Positions 20,601 to 29,381 of a stretch of 64,000 nucleotides of DNA are shown in pieces; within the stretch, counting starts at the first letter, position 1, and each line of letters starts with the position of its first letter. The DNA is from a virus. The notes below the pieces were generated by a model. The model was given only the letters and a program-made list of their open reading frames with translations, did not search any database and was not told the DNA's origin. The translations under genes and the position numbers were made by a program. Where the stretch lies: IMG/VR virus record IMGVR_UViG_3300028534_000015, positions 92,171 to 156,170 of that record. The stretch is one strand, 5' to 3'.

Positions 20601-21751
20601 CTTTCTGCTTTCTTTTCAGAAATAACACCCATAGATGTAAATTCATCAAAGCTTCTAAGTCCTATCTCTATCTCTGTTTCGTCTGTATTTGAAAGAAGTT
20701 TTTCTTCTTCTTGAGAAAGAGATTGTTCGATAACAGCTTCTACTAACGCGTCTGAATCTTCTAAATGCTCCACTGTTTTTTCTATCTCTTCTGAAACAAT
20801 AGCGTCCAGTTCTTTATCGGAAATTTTTAAATTACCAACACCATCGTCTTCAATAACTTTAAGATTATCTGGAATAACACTATTTCCATCTAATTTTTCT
20901 AATGGAATTGAGTCTGATTGAATAACTTTAATGATGAATAATAAGAATAACTTCGCAGCTAGTAAACCTTTTTTCTTAGACATTGTAGTTTTATGATCGC
21001 ACCACATTGTAGAAGACATGATATACCCTAATGAAACAATTGACGCTTTACTTCCATAAGTGAATATGAAATAAACATTAAAGCATTGGTTTTCAGAGAA
21101 GTTATCAAAAGGAGACTCTTTTCCTATCTTTGATAGATACTTAAACATCTCTAAAAGAAATCTATTGAAGTCTGTGTTAAATACTTCTTCAGATCTCTTT
21201 ATGTCTTTCTTACTGTATTCAATAAACTCTTTGATTGTCGGAATCGGTTTTGAAATAGGTATGTGAACAAATCTTGTTCTTTCCATACTAATACCGTTGT
21301 TAATACAACTTACAACAGTTGAGAATTTGTTAATGGTTCTTTTATAGTTTTCACCCTTTGTTGTTTTATATCTATATAACTCATCTAGTAAGTTATAATT
21401 AAAAACAATCGGTATTGATTTCTCAACATGAACAAGCTTAATCCTGCTTTTCACATATTCAAATCCTTTGTCTTCTCTCTTGAACGATGTTAAATAACTA
21501 TCGACATTAACATGCTTACGTTTTACAGGATACATAGGATTAGAGTATTCTGTAGACGTATACATTTTAGGCCTACCTTTTACATATCGTAATAGAGGGT
21601 TGTTTGAGTCTGGTTTTAAACCATTTTCTAAGAATGAGATAAATGAAGCATTCTTAGTGAATTTAAACAACTCTGACTCAAACACAATAGGCGACACAAA
21701 ATGTCCTGTTCGTGTCATACCTACTCGTTTATAAACATCTTCTATTGTCAT
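17660..21751 (-). CDS. Virion RNA polymerase beta-like subunit (N-terminal part), phiKZ gp178-like
   Basis: 1363 aa; MRKQKTDLPIRKI, SSFYGKLF, ESVKDSGDVG, DDLKRMNF, TYEDS, GDKGVLGNQLK, NRIV beta-type motifs. Confidence 0.9.
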   Translation of the reverse strand: MTIEDVYKRVGMTRTGHFVSPIVFESELFKFTKNASFISFLENGLKPDSNNPLLRYVKGRPKMYTSTEYSNPMYPVKRKHVNVDSYLTSFKREDKGFEYVKSRIKLVHVEKSIPIVFNYNLLDELYRYKTTKGENYKRTINKFSTVVSCINNGISMERTRFVHIPISKPIPTIKEFIEYSKKDIKRSEEVFNTDFNRFLLEMFKYLSKIGKESPFDNFSENQCFNVYFIFTYGSKASIVSLGYIMSSTMWCDHKTTMSKKKGLLAAKLFLLFIIKVIQSDSIPLEKLDGNSVIPDNLKVIEDDGVGNLKISDKELDAIVSEEIEKTVEHLEDSDALVEAVIEQSLSQEEEKLLSNTDETEIEIGLRSFDEFTSMGVISEKKAESLKERLKNSKFKVEKIPEEVIELRKEDVKLNDRVTVDDKTMLEDTLTPFMKKYIEETYETDIKNIAVSIQSAGILVEDFTIEKKNTVLGEEQTYTLHTVLPNGNKKIIRHIIPGLKKDGTFMQSGNTYIMRKQKTDLPIRKISRSESSLSSFYGKLFVERSRLESKDRGYKIMQYLKTEATNKDSSVNLVIESKNEIYEVKLPYQYTLFGRFMSMVRINGIVCFFNYHKRSKQVENGDKKLLKKMEGKDKVLFGKKGNTYYLIDMNNTIYTYHKGELKNLDIDMYKFFNINKSILPLDFATVRVKGFELPVGLFLAYMYGFRGLLKRLNVKYEKVSGRIKEQGDGSYFYIKFRDTMLKIENSEPIIGLVLYGLTELKELQNIDFSEFSTHGGLVDFCYMIGMSKYQVTEMFLMDKMFIDPITKEVLELIKEPVIFRELLLRACEILTTDYVNHPNNIKNMMIKQYDRIAGMMYKTNVDAIRSFYNGVGTYNNTVNVNPFDTMRKLNEDSATMLQEDLNPIAMLKQYEDIVLTGEFGRSKETVVGEAREIHESEIGITSESVKDSGDVGITAYSSAAPKLKNTRGIVDVKPIEELNEVNIMSTSTMLAPFNNRDDLKRMNFTSIMNGHLVPMLYAVVLPVSTGYDTVIGDRIPSKFIKKARLDGIVKSVSDKKLVVLYVDKKTETIEFKQWNTKEEAGITYMHRLDTDLRKGSRFEKDQILAFDTLFFERDIYDKKAVAIKTGVLATVAFQEIDETYEDSTTVSPNFGNKLTTPLTKVRSIVVDAKDVIKNLVSIGDYVKYHDPILSIFKNVEVREGTMNVIDEETERILKESRNASPKAEKDGYVKNIKVFYNCEKKELSASLKKIVTTLEEEHNIEFRVNSSYSIKGKPLEEGKVEIKIYIEKPLRFTNGDKGVLGNQLKFTVSANHDNKVRTKDGRPIDLKFSTKSKDNRIVESADITALLTTGVVLIQEQMIKIWKS

Positions 21752-21765
21752 TTTCTTATTTCCTT

Positions 21766-23394
21766 TTATAGTTCTTTTCTAGTTTTACTGTTCTTGTTCT
21801 TTTTTGAAAGTGTTTTTATAACTTTTTCAGCAATGTCATCAACAAGTGAAAGTCTTGGTGTACCTGAAGGTGAAACAAAGAAAGAGATATCTGAAAGAAT
21901 TTTTTTCATTTCATCTACAGTATCCTCTGTCATGTAACCCAATACCGTACCTTTATCACCATCGAAGTCTGCTCCGAGTCCTGGGAGTCTTGTAAAGTGT
22001 AATCCTGTCGTATTAACCCACGCTGTGCCAAATTTAATATATCGTTGGTAAACCTCGCCTGTTTCTCTATCTGTTACTTTTCTAAAATCATTTGTAGTGT
22101 AAAGCAGAATTTTACTGTAGTATGTCGAACCGTCTTCAATAACAGGGTGTCGTGTTACAGTAATAGGATATTTCTTTGCTACATCTTTTGTTATAAAAAA
22201 TAATAGCTCACCGTAAGTAATGGGTCTAACAAATTTTCTTTCATTTTCATCTACGTCATTTATATCTTTAACAATCATTACTTCTTTGCCATTATCAAAG
22301 ATAAGTCCAAATACTTTTCCTTCTATTAATATTTGACTCTCTTTGATCTCGTCAGAAGTACAACGATTTATAATAGAATTAAAACCATCGACAGATGTCC
22401 ATTGTTCGTATGGTTTTTTATCTATCTCATAAATCTTCTTTTGTAGTGTTTTAGGATCATATAATTCTGCTGTAAAATCAGTAACAGCAAATTTGTCATT
22501 AATAAAAAGTTCTTTAAGTTTATAATGTACCAAAGGAAGAAATGCTGCGGCAACTTGCACAACGCCTAAAATGGTTTCTTCTACTCTAAGGCCAGAATGT
22601 TTATCTTTTAGATTAGTGATAGTAGCCGGAATTCCAGAAAAGACATTTCTTGTCCCGTGTGTTATTCCTCTCTTAATCCATTTACCTCTCATGAGTTTAT
22701 TTTTACCATCTATAATAGTAAAGATATATTTATAAAGAGCGTAGATGTCCATTTGAAGTTTAAGTCTTATAGGATCGATAATTGAAATTTCATCGCTATC
22801 TAGATCAAATGTACCAACAAGGTTTTTATCTCTTAGAACATTTCTATAAAAATCATTTATCTCATCTTCTGTGATTTTACCCTTCTCTTTAATTTCATAT
22901 TCGCGCATACCTGCAGGAAGAACATAAAGATTTTTAATCTTATATTTTTTCATTTTGATGAATTTTTCTACATTATCGATCTTTTCATCTCTCTGCTTTG
23001 AATTGTTTCTTTCAAACTTCAGATACGGTATTGACTTCATAAAGAAATCGAACCCTGTCTGTCCGTCAGGATCTTCTATAAAAACACCTTTTTTCTTATC
23101 GAGTGTGACAGTTATTTTACTCTCCATAATTTTCATAAAGATACTATTTAAAGTAATAATCTTTGCGAAGAAATCAGGATGCATAATGTATGTTTTAAGA
23201 TTAATAAAACCGAATGTATTCATACGTTCTTTACTACCAGGAACAGAAAATATTTCTACGGAGTATAAACCTTGTGTTGCGAACTCATGTCCTGTAGCGT
23301 CTAGTATATTTAAATCATCGACCTCTCCGAGTAGGGATACTTCTTTATCAGATGCATCTAATGGTAAAAGCGTTACTTCTTTTTTGGAACTCAT
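21766..23394 (-). CDS. Virion RNA polymerase beta'-like catalytic subunit, phiKZ gp180-like
   Basis: 542 aa; GLYSVEIF, VLPAGMRE, GTRNV, TRHPV and catalytic LGADFDGD. Confidence 0.92.
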   Translation of the reverse strand: MSSKKEVTLLPLDASDKEVSLLGEVDDLNILDATGHEFATQGLYSVEIFSVPGSKERMNTFGFINLKTYIMHPDFFAKIITLNSIFMKIMESKITVTLDKKKGVFIEDPDGQTGFDFFMKSIPYLKFERNNSKQRDEKIDNVEKFIKMKKYKIKNLYVLPAGMREYEIKEKGKITEDEINDFYRNVLRDKNLVGTFDLDSDEISIIDPIRLKLQMDIYALYKYIFTIIDGKNKLMRGKWIKRGITHGTRNVFSGIPATITNLKDKHSGLRVEETILGVVQVAAAFLPLVHYKLKELFINDKFAVTDFTAELYDPKTLQKKIYEIDKKPYEQWTSVDGFNSIINRCTSDEIKESQILIEGKVFGLIFDNGKEVMIVKDINDVDENERKFVRPITYGELLFFITKDVAKKYPITVTRHPVIEDGSTYYSKILLYTTNDFRKVTDRETGEVYQRYIKFGTAWVNTTGLHFTRLPGLGADFDGDKGTVLGYMTEDTVDEMKKILSDISFFVSPSGTPRLSLVDDIAEKVIKTLSKKNKNSKTRKEL

Positions 23395-23456
23395 TCTTTT
23401 TTCCTTTGATAACAGGGTATAATAAATAATGTTATACTTTTCTCAAAGGAAATGAG

Positions 23457-26400
23457 ATGAGTGATGAATTTGACGACTTCGATGATTTTGATTTAGATGA
23501 TGATGTTAAAGAGTCTGGTTCTGATAGAGAACCAGTTGAAGGAGCTTTAAAAGAAGGAGCTGAAAGTTTTAAAGAGAGTCTTTTAGAAGACGATGAAATA
23601 GGTAAAAAAGCTGCTGTTGGAATTGGTAAAACACTAGCAACAAATCTTGTTGGTGATAAGACTGTTTCTAGACTTACAGAAACAACAGGATCGTTTGTTG
23701 ACGAGTTTGAAAAATCTGTATCTGAAATAAGAAAAGAATCTAGGCCGATAGCAAAAGCAATACGTTCTATTTCTCCAGACCAAGATAGTGTGGTCGGTCA
23801 AGTTACACATAAACTTGCAGACATTATTGGTGGAGAAGAAGGTGAAGGAGGAAATAGCGGAGAACAGAGTTATGATGAACTCTTAAGTGAACGTGTTAAC
23901 AGTGCGTTATCTTCCTTAACTCTTAATAGAGAAAAAGACGAGATTGATAAAGAACTTGCTACAGAAGCAATGAAGTTTAAACAGATGAACGATCAGATAA
24001 CTTTACTTCAAAGTATTGCTACTGATATGTCTTCATCTTCAAACTTCTTAAGAAAATCTACTTTAGAGTTCTATAAAAAACAACTTGAGTTACAATACAA
24101 ACAAGTGTTTATCTCTGGAGATATTCGAAATATCCTCGCATCTGGATTTGATAGACTAGGTAAAGAACAAGATATTATCGCTAAAAATACAGCACTTCCT
24201 GATTTTGTTAAAATGCGATCATCTGAAGCTTTACATGCTGCTATTAGACAGAAAATGCATGATAGTATGATCCAAACATTCATCGGTAAAAATGACTGGA
24301 TGGATAATCTTAAAAGAAATATTCTAGGAAGATTTAACGCTTCTAAAGATAAAATAAAAGATAGTGTAACAGGAATTTCTGGAATTATTCAGGATATTGA
24401 AGAAGCTAATTCACAGTTAGAAGATGCAGGAATGTCAAAATCATCTATGGCTGGAGATTTAGCAGGTGACGCGGTTAAAGAAAAAGGTTTCGGTGTTATC
24501 GGTAGAGCACTGGCGAAATCTCCATTCGCTAGAAAGATTACTGGAGACCTTATTCAAATGTCAACATCTATGCCTGAATATTTGGATAAAGTTTCGAATA
24601 AACACGGTGATAATGTAATCGGTAAAACTGCTAGCTTCTTTAGAGACTTAATGAGAAATCCGTTAGAGTCTACAGATACAGGACTTGGTGTCGGCGGTTT
24701 AGATCAACCGACTATTTTTGATGGAAGAACCAAGACGTCTATTGTTACAGTCATTCCAGGGTTACTAGCTAAAATACTTAATAGTGTAGAAAAACTTAAA
24801 AACAAGAATGCTGAAACACTCCACTTCAATTACACTAAAGGAAAATTTGAACGCGAGAGTGCGTTTGATAGAAGTTTTGATGAAGAAGTTAAACTTAAGA
24901 TGTTTACTTCTGGCGGTGTAAAAGCTATCGATACGTTTGTCTCTAAACTCCAAGATAATGTAGGAAAGAAATCAACGCTTTATCTGGATCCTAAAGAAGT
25001 AAGAAACTTTAAACGTATTCTTTATAAATACGTTATGAGTAACAACTCATTAAATCCAGAATATTTTGAAGATGCAGGTTTATATGACAATATGAATCCT
25101 GTCATGGCTACAAAAATAAGAGGACTTATAAAACGATATTTATACAAAGACGGAAGTTTAAACCAAGAGCGGTTTGATAGTTTGTCAACTACATTAAGAT
25201 CTGCTAGTTCAGGTATTTTTAATCCTACTAAATTCCTAGAAGACAAAAAAGATTCTGGAGAGATTGAATTCTTAGAAAAGAAAGGCCTTGTTAAATTCGA
25301 TCCACACAGACAAGAATATGTGCTTGATATGAAAAAATATCTTTCGTATTCAGAAGGATTTGTCAATAGTGTAGGAAGTCAAGGTTATGAAGATTATTTA
25401 TTTAACAGAAATGTTTCAAAAGAAAACGAGGAGACGATTAATAAATCAGAACCTACATCTTTATTAGATGTGGTAAAAGCCGCAAAAGACGATATTAAAA
25501 AAATAGACCCTGATAAAGCTAAAGACGCGACAAAGAAAGGATTCAAAAAGTTTGTTAAAACTGCCAAAGATCTTGATGAGAAAGTTGCTAATATGTCTAA
25601 ATCAGACTGGTCTGAGTTAGGAATAGATACAAAAAATAAAGCGTTGAAGTTTATTACAGATAACTATGATAAAAATGTATCTGATGAATACAAAAAGAAA
25701 ATTGATGAGAGTCTGAATTACGTTTTTAATTCTAAAGGTTACACGTATTTAGAAAGTAAAATAAAAGATGCACATTCTTATTTAAAAGACAATGATAGAA
25801 AATCAATCCTTGATGATCTTCATAGATTAAAACGTAAAGGACTTGTCAAGTCAAGGAAGTTTATTAAAACAGTCAAAGCACTCAAAGTTGAAGATTTAAA
25901 ATTCGCAGGAATCAATACGTATGAAGATGCTGTAAAACATGTAACAGGTATTTATGGAGATCATGATATTAAAACTCTTAAAAAGATTGAGAAAATTTTG
26001 CAAGATAAATACGATGATTTCAATAAAGATGAAACACAGAATTACTTTAGTAAGAAATGGAATAAATTTAAATCAAGACTTCGAGGAGAGAAATCTCGTG
26101 TGATATCAAAGTTTAATAAAGTACTTTCACATTTCAAAGGGTGGACGTATGACGACTTTGATAAGTTAGGTATAACGAACGCTAACGATGCTGTAAGACA
26201 TATTCTTAATACTATTGATTTCACACCTACTAAAAAAGAGATGCGTCAGTTATATGATACAATGAGTAACATCTTTACTGTTCGTGATACTGTAAACAAA
26301 ACAAATGATTTTGTCAGTAATAAAAAATCAAGTTTTAAAAAGACATTTGATAAAAAGAAACAAGAAGTTAAAGATAATGTTAAGAAACCTAGTTGGTTAG

Positions 26401-29339
26401 ATTCTTTATTAAAGAAAGAAGATAAAAAACTTGAGTTTTGGTCATATCTCACTAATAAATTCAAACGCGAAGAAAAGGAGAAGAAAGAAAAGAAAAAACG
26501 TTCGTTCTTTGATAAAGACGGAGACGGTAAACGTAACGGTAGTTGGATGGAGTATTTTGAAAGAAAAGGCAAAAAGAAAGATAAAGAACCAACAAAAAAA
26601 GAGATAGAAGAAAAAGACAAAAAGTCTGGCGGTTTATTTTCTATGTTGGGTTCTATTATCAAGTTTGCAACTTTCCCTATAACAAAAACATTAGGTGGTA
26701 TTTTCTCTGGACTATCTGGTGTTAAAACTATTCTAGGCGGATTAGGATCCATGCTTGGTGGTATTGCTGGCGGTTTGGGATTTGCGCCTTTAAAACTTGG
26801 TTGGTGGGCGACTAAGAATCTCACTAAAGGTTTATTTGGTTTAACAAAGATAATAGGGAAATCAGCATTAGGTAGTGCAAAAGTTCTTGGTTCTGGTGTT
26901 AGTGGAATTAGTAGTCTTGTTTCATCTGTAATAAAAGGAGGTAAATCTCCGGTAGTTAAGAAGTCACTTAAGCTTTTAGGAAAGTTTGTTAAATATGTTC
27001 CTGTCATAGGACCTATTTTAGCACTAGGTCTTGATTTCGGTCTTGATTATTTCTTCGATGATGCTGAGCTACCTGAAGACATCATGAACCCTAACGGATC
27101 TAAAGACAATGAGGTTACACCTAAAAAAGTTGTTGCTAAAGATACAACCATTGGACTAACAGATGATCTTAAACCGTATAAAGAAAAAATGACAGAGTCT
27201 TCTAATCAATACAGAAAACTTCTTTCAGAATACCAAAATGAAAAAGATGATAAGAAAAAGAAAGAGCTTTATGGTAAACTAGAGCAATCCAGAAAGAATA
27301 TGTTGAAAGATGTAAAAACGTATCAAGAAGCATATCGTTCCAAACAAGAAACAGGAAAAGTGTCTGTAAGTAATAAAGATATGTTTAAACCTGTTTCCGA
27401 CCCTGCTGGATATGCTGGTAAGAAACTCACAGGTTTAGCAAAAACATCAGGAACGATTACAAGAATTGTAGAGGCAAAAAACAACTATGCTTCTGCGCAT
27501 ATTCTTAAAGGAGAATCTTGGGTATCGTTTGGTGCATATCAGTTCATTGAGAAATTCGGTCATATTAGAAATGTTCTTACTATATTACTTAAGAAAAAAC
27601 CTAAGTATGAAGAAGAGTTAAAAACTATCATACGTGGTTTTGGAAAAGACGGTATGTATCAAGGAAGTAGAGAGTATCTTATAAGTTTCCTTAAACGAAT
27701 AGGATTTACTCCAGAATCTATACATGCGCAAGACGAGTATTTTTATAAGGAGTTCTTCCTTAAAGGACAAAAGATTGCGCATAGTGCAGGACTTAAAGAT
27801 AACTACACAGTTTTACATATCATTGACCATTATCATAATGCAGGACCTATGGCAGCTAAAACTGTAGCTAAAGCTACTGCTAAAGTAGGCGACACTTTAG
27901 ATAGTGCTGTCAATGCTAGAATTAATTGGTATAGATCAAAGAATTCTAACTATGTTCAAGCATGGGTAAATAGAGTAAATAAAGTCTCTAAACTTATGAA
28001 AGGTCTCACAAAAGGAACTGATTATAAAGTCATCTCTCCTGAGACATACAATCAAACGTATACGTCGTCAGATTCGTCTACAACGTCGTCTAACGACACT
28101 ACATCTACTGGTATGAAGTCAAGAGTTTTAGACGGTATTAAGGGCATTGTAGAGATGTTTAAAGAGATGTTTGGATTTAATCAAGAAGCAACTGATAGTC
28201 TTATTGGTCCAGATGCTGTTGAAGTTGAAACAAGTAGTTCTACAACAGATATTTCAAACAACCCTTTAAGAAGAAACAACGCTACAAAATTTAATCCACT
28301 CATTCATGATTGGAAGACAAGTAAGCGTTACGATTCTCTTAATGAAACAGCACAGGAGTTTTTTGCTAAGTTCTCGCATTTTGTTGAACCATACGGTATT
28401 AAACTTATGATACCAAAATATGGAGGAAATAGACATCCGGACAACCAAAAACATCTTTATGCTATAGGTAGAACTATAGAGAAACATAGAAAACCTGTGA
28501 CATGGACATTAAAATCTAAACACATTGGTGGTGCAGCGATCGACATCATTTCTCTTAAAGGTTTTAAAGACGTTAAAACGAATGCTTCTATCGCAAAACT
28601 TATGCGAGCTTTCGCAGACGCTAATCCAGAGTTTCAGGCACATTTCTTAAATATCGAAAAAGACCCTAATCATGTTGACTTTCCTAAATCAAAAAAGATA
28701 AGACCTATCAATGTGGAAGCGGAAATAGATGGTGTTAAGAACCCTAAAGAAGAACAAAAGAAAATTGAAGAAGCATATACCCAAACAGAGAAAGCTAAAT
28801 CTGTTAAGTCTTCTCCATACACAGGAACGTCTCTAAGAGGTGTAATAATTCCTGAAGACCATAGATTAGAAAATGCGTTAGGCAATAAGAAGAGTCCTAC
28901 TACCAAAAAACGCATTCCTGCTTCTGAATATAAAGGAATGGTTAGTAGTGTTATAACAAATGTTCCTCCAGAAGTTTCTGAAATTGAACATAAAAAGACA
29001 GATAAAAAACCTGTTGTTACACAACAAACTAATCCACATACATTTAACAGACAGTTAAAGGAAGCAAAACAAGCAGTACAAACACATGTTAAGACAACTG
29101 ATACATTAGAGAAATACATAGATAGAAACGGAAAGACATTAATCAATATACATTCTGTTCTTGTAGATATCTACCGTACTAATTTGGATATGTTAAAGGA
29201 AATGAAAGAAAAAGGTTCTGGAGAACATAAACATAATGATAAAGACGGATATGTTGCATATGATCCACATATAACACAGAAGAAAAAGAAACCGAGAGTA
29301 ATTACGGAACCTTCTGTCGGTGTGGATACAAGTGTTTAA
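23457..29339 (+). CDS. Tape measure / lytic tail protein, phiKZ gp181-like, with lysozyme-like and M15 peptidase domains
   Basis: 1960 aa; LELQY, KNTALPDFVK, VIPGLLAKIL, DKDGDGKRNGSW; Gly-rich hydrophobic segment; SFGAYQF; SKHIGGAAID...DPNHVD. Confidence 0.85.
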   Translation: MSDEFDDFDDFDLDDDVKESGSDREPVEGALKEGAESFKESLLEDDEIGKKAAVGIGKTLATNLVGDKTVSRLTETTGSFVDEFEKSVSEIRKESRPIAKAIRSISPDQDSVVGQVTHKLADIIGGEEGEGGNSGEQSYDELLSERVNSALSSLTLNREKDEIDKELATEAMKFKQMNDQITLLQSIATDMSSSSNFLRKSTLEFYKKQLELQYKQVFISGDIRNILASGFDRLGKEQDIIAKNTALPDFVKMRSSEALHAAIRQKMHDSMIQTFIGKNDWMDNLKRNILGRFNASKDKIKDSVTGISGIIQDIEEANSQLEDAGMSKSSMAGDLAGDAVKEKGFGVIGRALAKSPFARKITGDLIQMSTSMPEYLDKVSNKHGDNVIGKTASFFRDLMRNPLESTDTGLGVGGLDQPTIFDGRTKTSIVTVIPGLLAKILNSVEKLKNKNAETLHFNYTKGKFERESAFDRSFDEEVKLKMFTSGGVKAIDTFVSKLQDNVGKKSTLYLDPKEVRNFKRILYKYVMSNNSLNPEYFEDAGLYDNMNPVMATKIRGLIKRYLYKDGSLNQERFDSLSTTLRSASSGIFNPTKFLEDKKDSGEIEFLEKKGLVKFDPHRQEYVLDMKKYLSYSEGFVNSVGSQGYEDYLFNRNVSKENEETINKSEPTSLLDVVKAAKDDIKKIDPDKAKDATKKGFKKFVKTAKDLDEKVANMSKSDWSELGIDTKNKALKFITDNYDKNVSDEYKKKIDESLNYVFNSKGYTYLESKIKDAHSYLKDNDRKSILDDLHRLKRKGLVKSRKFIKTVKALKVEDLKFAGINTYEDAVKHVTGIYGDHDIKTLKKIEKILQDKYDDFNKDETQNYFSKKWNKFKSRLRGEKSRVISKFNKVLSHFKGWTYDDFDKLGITNANDAVRHILNTIDFTPTKKEMRQLYDTMSNIFTVRDTVNKTNDFVSNKKSSFKKTFDKKKQEVKDNVKKPSWLDSLLKKEDKKLEFWSYLTNKFKREEKEKKEKKKRSFFDKDGDGKRNGSWMEYFERKGKKKDKEPTKKEIEEKDKKSGGLFSMLGSIIKFATFPITKTLGGIFSGLSGVKTILGGLGSMLGGIAGGLGFAPLKLGWWATKNLTKGLFGLTKIIGKSALGSAKVLGSGVSGISSLVSSVIKGGKSPVVKKSLKLLGKFVKYVPVIGPILALGLDFGLDYFFDDAELPEDIMNPNGSKDNEVTPKKVVAKDTTIGLTDDLKPYKEKMTESSNQYRKLLSEYQNEKDDKKKKELYGKLEQSRKNMLKDVKTYQEAYRSKQETGKVSVSNKDMFKPVSDPAGYAGKKLTGLAKTSGTITRIVEAKNNYASAHILKGESWVSFGAYQFIEKFGHIRNVLTILLKKKPKYEEELKTIIRGFGKDGMYQGSREYLISFLKRIGFTPESIHAQDEYFYKEFFLKGQKIAHSAGLKDNYTVLHIIDHYHNAGPMAAKTVAKATAKVGDTLDSAVNARINWYRSKNSNYVQAWVNRVNKVSKLMKGLTKGTDYKVISPETYNQTYTSSDSSTTSSNDTTSTGMKSRVLDGIKGIVEMFKEMFGFNQEATDSLIGPDAVEVETSSSTTDISNNPLRRNNATKFNPLIHDWKTSKRYDSLNETAQEFFAKFSHFVEPYGIKLMIPKYGGNRHPDNQKHLYAIGRTIEKHRKPVTWTLKSKHIGGAAIDIISLKGFKDVKTNASIAKLMRAFADANPEFQAHFLNIEKDPNHVDFPKSKKIRPINVEAEIDGVKNPKEEQKKIEEAYTQTEKAKSVKSSPYTGTSLRGVIIPEDHRLENALGNKKSPTTKKRIPASEYKGMVSSVITNVPPEVSEIEHKKTDKKPVVTQQTNPHTFNRQLKEAKQAVQTHVKTTDTLEKYIDRNGKTLINIHSVLVDIYRTNLDMLKEMKEKGSGEHKHNDKDGYVAYDPHITQKKKKPRVITEPSVGVDTSV

Positions 29340-29353
29340 AAAAAAAGAGTTAT

Positions 29354-29381
29354 CTCAGTAGAGGCTTACGCCTCTACTGAG
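29354..29381. terminator. Hairpin at a convergent gene junction
   Basis: CTCAGTAGAGGC-TTAC-GCCTCTACTGAG; GTAA (GNRA) loop on the - strand holds the stop codon. Confidence 0.7.

Noticed and set aside
26246-27007. 253-aa antisense ORF inside the tape measure gene
   Set aside because: Shadow of Gly/Lys-rich codons; no RBS or recognisable motif. The same applies to the many short antisense ORFs in the track.
28050-28110. Short TCGTCT/ACAAC repeats
   Set aside because: They simply encode the Ser/Thr linker between the two hydrolase domains.
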